A DNA stretch of 64,000 nucleotides from Macrostomum lignano (taxonomy: Eukaryota): assembly GCA_002269645.1 (NCBI GenBank), contig NIVC01002100.1, positions 1 to 64,000 on the forward strand, written 5' to 3'. Shown in pieces: positions 57,441 through 64,000 of the stretch. The position numbers were made by a program, and so were the translations under genes. Positions within the stretch are counted from its first letter, which is position 1. Each line of letters starts with the position of its first letter. The notes below the pieces were generated by a model. The model saw only the letters and a program-made list of their open reading frames with translations. It searched no databases and had not been told where the DNA came from.

Positions 57441-58795
57441 CACAGTTTGCCAATATATGCTTTAGACAGACATTGCTATGTAGCATCCCAGCCAATAAGA
57501 TTAATGCTTGCTTCAAATCTTACTTTTACATGAATTCATTCCATTTAATGTTTACTACTATCTTAACTATTAACAAGTTTTTATTTGAGTATGGCTTTAA
57601 ATTTTAGAATAAATGCAAAAATAGTTCTAGGGATTGATATTCCATGGGTTTGAAATTTGCAAGTTTTAATAGCCAGTATATTATATTTAGATTTAGACTT
57701 AGACTACTTAGACTAAGTCAAGATATATTTGCTAATACATATATTCTAATCTAAAATAAATTAATCAATAATTTTTTAGAAAACTATATTATACTACTTA
57801 GTCTTATCAATATTATATATGTATAATTGCTAGCTAATCTAAATAGTCTAATTAGTAGAAGTGACAAAAAAAATTATAATTCCTTTTAATTAAATTACAA
57901 AACTAAATCTTACGACCAGTGTAATTTCAGAGGTTGCACATGTATAAAATAATAATATTAATGAAATAGTGCAGTTGTATCACCATTTAAGAACAAGGAA
58001 CAAAAATTATTAGAAAATGGCTAGTAATAATATATAATAGAATTATCTTTTTAAAAGTAAACTAGATAGATAATTAATTTTTAATTACTTCTGATACTAT
58101 TTTCTTTGGATTTTTTTAAGTTAGACTACTTAGATAAGATATTAAAATAAGTTTTTAAACATACATGCATTCACAAAGGGGCAGAAGAAAGACTTATAAT
58201 CCAGGCCTATTATATAAGCAAAGATAATATACGAAATTATATATAATAGGCAAAGTAAAACTTTGAAAGCAATTTTAACTTACCAGTACATAGACAGTAG
58301 CCTATAATACTATAGTCTATTGCTATGAAACACGCGAGCAAAATTAGTCTAGACTTCAATGATTCAGATTCTGGCGACACTAATAGAAAAGATCAAGATG
58401 GTCCAATCGTCACTGAACTTGGCTTAAATAAGAAAGAACAACAATTGTTTTAGATTAAGATAATTCAACAAAGCTAACCAGAATGCTTCATTGCTTCTTT
58501 TTCGTAAACTATTAACATAAATCTAGCGTCATGCACACCGGTACTTAATCGCCTGTTTATAAAGGGGCGATATACTTACTCTAGCAAATTCAAAATATCG
58601 AAAGCGAAAAGCGAAAAGTATCACTCCAATATGAACATGATTTTATTAGGTTATGTTATTTTTACTGTGTTTTTTAGTTGCAATTAGTAAAGCAACAGTA
58701 CTTTTGAAATAAAAACGTAAGCTTGATTAGTTTTACTGCGTTACGTGCAATAATTAAAGTTCCGTAGCATTCTTACTGGCCTATATATATATATA

Positions 58796-59279
58796 CAAGG
58801 GTCATCCCAAAAGTTCTCTGTATCACTGAATTACTCCTACGAACTGGCATCAATTTTGAAGAAACTGCACACAAACTTGCACCAATATCTGCACACAACA
58901 TTGATGAATTTTCATAAAAAAATCTCCATGCAATTAGAAATAACAAGCTGAGTTGTCCAACACCTTCAGAGCAAATGGACAGCTCTCACATTGACTTCTT
59001 TAACTGGCACAGTGCAGCTCGTGCAGCATCACCGACTGAATAGGCAAGTGTCACAAGCAGAAAAGTGAATGAACTTGACAAGAATTCCATCATTTATTCT
59101 TGAATGACTGGCTGACTCACATGACATGCTTGTTATTTCTAATTGCATGGAGATTTTTTCATGAAAATTCATCAATGTTGTGTGCAGATATTGGTGCAAG
59201 TTTGTGTGCAGTTTCTTCAAATTGGTGCCAGTTCGTAGGAGTAATTCAGTGATACAGAAAACTTTTGGGATGACCCTCG
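58796..59279. mobile_element. MITE with ~150-bp TIRs in a (TA)n site (Tc1/mariner-like)
   Basis: 58796-58948 is the near-perfect reverse complement of 59128-59279; ends caagggtcatccc / gggatgaccctcg; TA flanks. Confidence 0.92.
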
Positions 59280-59289
59280 TATATATACT

Positions 59290-61330
59290 ATGTTCTTATA
59301 TATAAATAAGAACGCTAAGATTGTGGTAGGCGTCTTGCGCGCACGCACTCACAGAAGAGGCGAGAAGGACAGTTTGTTACAGATTGTGGGGTCAGGTTAA
59401 TGGCTTGTAGGTCAGACTCTAGCGTGACGGTCAGCGTGGCGGTCCGCCGGCCTTGGCCCCGTCGGAGACGCTCAGTTGGCTGTTGCAGCAGGGTGAGCGC
59501 CAGCGGGTTTTGCTCCCCTCTGCCGTAGCTGTAGAGGCAGTGGCCGACGAGCATTAGCCGGCGCCGCTGGAGGATGGCATTAAGCTGAGACACGTGAACC
59601 GCAGCAGCGATCGGTAGGCAGCGTCCAGGGCTCGAGACCTCGAGAGTCGGTCATTGGCACTGCCTCCAGTCCGTACAGGAAGATTGGCCCTACGGCAGGG
59701 CGGAACAGGCGCATCTTCAGGTCGTCGTTGGCAGCTAAGCTGAAGCTGACCTCCCTGAGGAGATGAGCCGCGCGCCAGGCCTGTGACCTCCGGTCAGCGA
59801 TTATAGAATCAGGGCTCATCACGAGGGAGCCCAGGTACCGGAAGTCTCTGCAGACTGAAATGACTTGCCCATCTGGAAGGGTCAGGATTGGTGCTGCATC
59901 GGTGCCCACGTGCTCGAGCAGCCACGCGATCGCGCGCCAGCACACTGAGTCAAAAGCTTTGCGGAAGTCCACAAAGACAATTGACACAGCTCTTTGGTGA
60001 GTTTTACAGGCCTCGACGACTGCTCAAAGGGCTGCTCTGTTGTCGAGTGGCCGGGCCTGAAGCCCATTTGGAGGCTCAGGATCATTTGGTTGAGGCCAGG
60101 CAGCAGCCGATTACGCAATATAGCATTGAGCAGCTTAGCCAGAGTGCATTCCAGAGCGATGCCGCGTTGGTTGTCCAGACTGGTGGATGCCCTTCTCGGG
60201 GATGGAGACGATCTTAGAGGTGCGCCAGTTGTCAGCAGCAGTAGCATCTGGGTTGCCTCCAAGCGGAAAGTGCTTGTTGAGCACAGTCGTGATGTCCTGT
60301 GTCAGCTCCGGCAGCTTGAGCACCCTGGGTGGAATGCCATCTACTCCACCCGCAGCGTCGAGGCGCATGGTCTTGAGCACTCGGGGTTCACCTCGTAGGC
60401 AGTCAGCGGGCCGGAGTTGAAAGTCGAGGGCTCAGCCAGGGTAAAATTTTCGATCGGCAGCAAATCAGCAGAGGGTGAAGGAGCGTTGAGCACACTGAGG
60501 TAGTGAGTGGCCAGCAGGGCTTTGCGATGGAGTATGGACTCAGCACCTACGGCGGCATTGGCCCTCTGCTTTCTGCCAGTAAGGCGATTGATGGCGCGCC
60601 AGGCCGCTGTGTGCCAGCAGTTGTCTGTCGCTAGTTGAATTTCAGCAACAGCCTCCTGGACAAAGGCTTCGGTCCTCCGGGCATGCGTGTCGCGTAGTTG
60701 GGCCCGGGCTGTTTCAGCCTGCTCACTGTCTTGGCCAAAGACTGCGGTTTTCTAGCGATGGAGATCTCCTCGTCGGAGTCCCAGAGCGCTTTTGGCTTGT
60801 GCGGTTTTCGTTCGAGTAGGATCGAGGCAGCTTTCTCAACAGCTCTGGTGAAGGCGTCCGCCGATTCATTCAGGGCCGGAGTAGCATTTTGCAGCTTTTC
60901 AATGAACGCACTGCGCGTGTCTGGGTTTCTCAGATCTGCCCAGAGGGGGTGCGGTGGGCCAGCCTTGAACTTTTTCCATCGGCAGTCGATGTCGCAGGCC
61001 AGCAGAGAATGGTCGGACCTCACGCAGCTGGGGCGGATATTGACCACTTTGCGCAGTCGAGATCTGATGGCCGATGGGCACAAAATCCAGTCCAGCCTGG
61101 TGGTCCGTCCATTTGGGCCGAGAAGGTGGGCAGCTTGTTTTACCGCTGTCGCATGAACCATTGGCTGCAATCAGGTCTTGAGAGTGAATGAAAGTTGACA
61201 GGAAGTCCGAGTTGGTGTTGGTGGAGCAGCAGTTGTTCTTCACCATCAGGCCATCAGGGGACAGTGGCGCGTTGGGACCGAGTCGATGAGTGATCCCAGG
61301 TGGTCATACATTGACGCAATCTCGGCCTAT
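59290..61330 (-). mobile_element. Decayed non-LTR retrotransposon (APE + RT; RTE/CR1-like)
   Basis: Fragments LDWIL..SDH (APE), GVDGIPP..W..SKIV.IP, RGIAL..KLL..IL..RL, GFRPG.ST, FVDFRKAFDSV, FRYLGS, FLYGLE; several frameshifts. Confidence 0.9.
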
Positions 61331-62409
61331 AGCCTTACTTACGAGCGTACAATCCAGATCTGTTTAGACTTGGAAATGAGACTAGCCAATTCATACCTAC
61401 TAATATGGGCTACAAATGCAGCGTTTGTGCTGCAAATCCGGCTTACATGCCGCACAAAACCGGAGAGCAAACGTCTTTGCGTTGCCAAAAAATGAAGAAC
61501 GTTGACAAGTATGGTCAGGTGTATTCCGAATGCTAATCTGAAAGGCTTTGCTTCCCAGCGAGCAAAGCACCAAAGCATCAATGCTCAAAGCATCTCAAAG
61601 ACTGATTTTGAGACAGAGTCGGCAGATCAGAAGTCTTCGCAAGCAGAGTCATTTTCGCGACAAGGGCCTGAGAAAAAAATGCTGAAAGCCGATGCCATTC
61701 CACCCAAATTCAGCGAGCTGCCAAGACCAGCGCTTTAATTATGAAGTCCGAAAGGGCAGGCACTTTCTTTATCTCGCCTTTAATTGTTGAGAAATTGCGC
61801 CCTTGGATCGATGAGCTTTTAAGTTAGAAGGTGCATTTATTCCACCAGTATTTTAAAAACTGCAAATTGTTGTTAATTTCTTTCGATCTTATCGATTAGT
61901 CACAAGAATTAAACATCTCCAAGTTGCTACGATCATGCGGTTACGTCACTGAGAATTTGAGCTTCAAAGGTTTATTCGCGGGAGACATAGTGCCTGACTA
62001 ATTTAATCAGGCACCTGTTTCCGAATCCAGATGATCAGACGCATATCCGCGTCCCCTATAAACGCTGAAAAAATGTTAAACAAAAAGCCATCTGCCATGG
62101 CAACTGCGAGATCTGATGTTGCCTCGTCCTTTTTTTGTCGATGCCAGTCTTGTAAAGTGGTTCTTGCAGAGAAATTTTCTATAAGTCACACCAAAACGGC
62201 TTCTCATCGTTGCCTTCAGTCTACCTTCAACTTGAAATTGATTTCGATGATTTCCCTCTGAACTATCAGTTTCTCAAGCGCAAAAAAAATCGAGGAAACT
62301 TACTTGTGCTACCCTTCAGACTCATCCGTTCTTTTATACATGTACATGACGGCCTTCAAATTGCTTGGAAGGGGTAAGTTTAAATTTTAAAATGATAGGA
62401 ATATTATAA

Positions 62410-62679
62410 TTGATTACAGTTTGCCCCAATTGAGCAAAATGTGCAACCGACAGCTTAGCCAGAGCTATACGGCTGTCCAGCCCAATGACTAAAGGGGGGT
62501 CGCCAAACACCCTCAATTACCCCAGCTAATGCTGATATCCATTTTACAGCTGGGTGAACTGAAGCAATGCAGAGCTAAGTGTCTTCCTTAAGAACACAAT
62601 TATTCCAAGTGGGTCGAGAATCGAACCACCGACCTTTCAGTCCGTGATTCCGACGCTCTAACCAATGAGCTACAACCCT
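62410..62679 (-). mobile_element. tRNA-derived SINE
   Basis: Head 62610-62679 with A box TAGCTCATTGG and B box GGTTCGATTCT but broken T-stem; followed by ttgtgttcttaaggaagacactt..cacccagctgtaaaatgg body; second partial copy at 45330. Confidence 0.7.
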
Positions 62680-63382
62680 ACTTCTCGAATTATTTGAAAA
62701 GTAATATTCTGTGGCGGTGCACAGCCGGGATCGAGAACTTAGGGCGTTCGGACGTAGGCTCCAGCCAAGGACCACTGTAGTAGAAGGACTCGGCACTCAC
62801 AAACCACGGGAAAATTTTTGAAAGCTGATTTTCAAAGTTTGATGCTGCCTCTTCAAATACAGATATTAAGATGATTTTTGAACCACATGAGCAGTTGAAT
62901 GTTTTAAGAACATTGGCTGACCTTTCCACACATTTTAGTGATGTTTGTTACTTACAATGAAGAGTTTTGTACTGCACTCTGATAGCTCTCAAACCCTCAA
63001 AGTTTGAATATGGCTATATATTATTGGCTTAGTTAAGAAGTCGAGTAGAAGAGAACTAAAAAATGTGATTGCACACAGATGCAATGGCGTGCAAGTATGT
63101 AGTCAGACACAAAGCGTAACCATAAACCATCTAAACCATAAACATATAAATTTGAATCTATAATCTGTAACTTACTAAAATAAAATTGAATTTCTAAACC
63201 ATAACGAGGCTCGTAGTTTATGAACAGCTACAGTCATAATTCAGAACTCTATAAACTGATTTTGAAGTCCAGGTGAATTCACGCGCAGCAATCAACCGCG
63301 TCAGTTATTCAGCAGGAAATATATATTATAATAAGCAAACAGTAACGTTAGATAACTCTCTGAAGGCTCGAAGAATCAAAAC

Positions 63383-64000
63383 CTATGAAGCTTCGGGCGA
63401 AATCTCGACCTTCCTGCGCCACCCCACCCTCCAGCAGCGCAAGCGGCAGGCAAACCAGACAGCTCGCAGTGCGGCACCCAAGAAGGGCGCAGGTGGCGCA
63501 CCGAGCTGCTCTTCCACATCGAACTGGTCGGCTGCAACCGAATTTTCATGGGTCTCAGCCTCACCGGCCACATCAGGCGAGCTGCTATCCAGTGACGGCA
63601 GCAGGAGAAGCGTCAGCGAGCCGTCCGCGCAGCCGCACAGCGCGCCGCTGGAGTCGGCCAGGCAGGCGAGCGCCATCAGCTCAGCGGGCAGTCGGAACTC
63701 GGCCAGCAGGGCGCGGTCGGCGAGCCGCACAAGCCGCAGGCTGCCGCGCGCCGCCCGATAGTGCAGCGCGTGTCCACCGTCCGGAGTCAACGCCGAGATG
63801 CCGACGCTGCCGACGCCGTCAGCGGGTGAGCGGCGCAGCAGCCAAGCGGGCGGGTCTCCCGCTGGCTGGCGAAGTTCCAGCAGGCGAAGGCCGCCGGCCG
63901 CAGGTGCCGCCAGTCCGCGATGGCCGTCCAAAGTGGCGATGCCGTCCCAGTCGGGGAAGGAGCGCAGAGCTCGGCCGGTGCGGAAGTCCAGAACCAGCGT
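63383..64000 (-). CDS. C-terminal exon of an NWD1/NWD2-like (NACHT-WD40) beta-propeller protein, partial
   Basis: Frame open from the window edge: LDFRTGRALRSFPDWDG..GLAAPAAGGLRLLEL..ADGV..LHYRAARGSLRLVRLAD..LAEFRLPAEL..CADGSL; GC-rich codons; stop at 63383. Confidence 0.6.
   Translation of the reverse strand, partial: TLVLDFRTGRALRSFPDWDGIATLDGHRGLAAPAAGGLRLLELRQPAGDPPAWLLRRSPADGVGSVGISALTPDGGHALHYRAARGSLRLVRLADRALLAEFRLPAELMALACLADSSGALCGCADGSLTLLLLPSLDSSSPDVAGEAETHENSVAADQFDVEEQLGAPPAPFLGAALRAVWFACRLRCWRVGWRRKVEISPEAS

Noticed and set aside
62610-62679. Functional tRNA gene (possible CAC anticodon)
   Set aside because: T-stem lacks ~3 nt and the anticodon stem is mismatched; it continues into a repeated body, so treated as a SINE head.

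Overview
Eukaryotic (animal) genomic DNA: GC-rich exons, GT-AG introns packed with minisatellites, AT-rich intergenic DNA. The style suggests a free-living flatworm such as Macrostomum (inference, not shown by the sequence). The dominant feature is a complete minus-strand RNF213/mysterin-like gene (25406-54479). I traced 26 exons with consistent splice phases, totalling 15780 nt (~5260 aa). It has N-terminal Cys clusters, a 22x decapeptide repeat, a CBM20-like domain, the AAA core, a RING with a long acidic insert, and an intact RZ finger. Other genes: COX6B, a two-exon rhodopsin-type peptide-receptor-like GPCR, the C-terminal exon of an NWD-type WD40 protein, a 69-aa secreted Cys-rich peptide resembling the fungal CBM52 glucan-binding module, and a disrupted three-repeat (beta-trefoil-like) gene that shares that peptide's signal sequence. 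Repeats: two multi-kb satellites, many intronic minisatellites (some copying the adjacent splice junction), several MITEs, a decayed LINE and a tRNA-derived SINE. Most other ORFs in the supplied track are shadows of these. All family assignments come from motif recall, not database searches.
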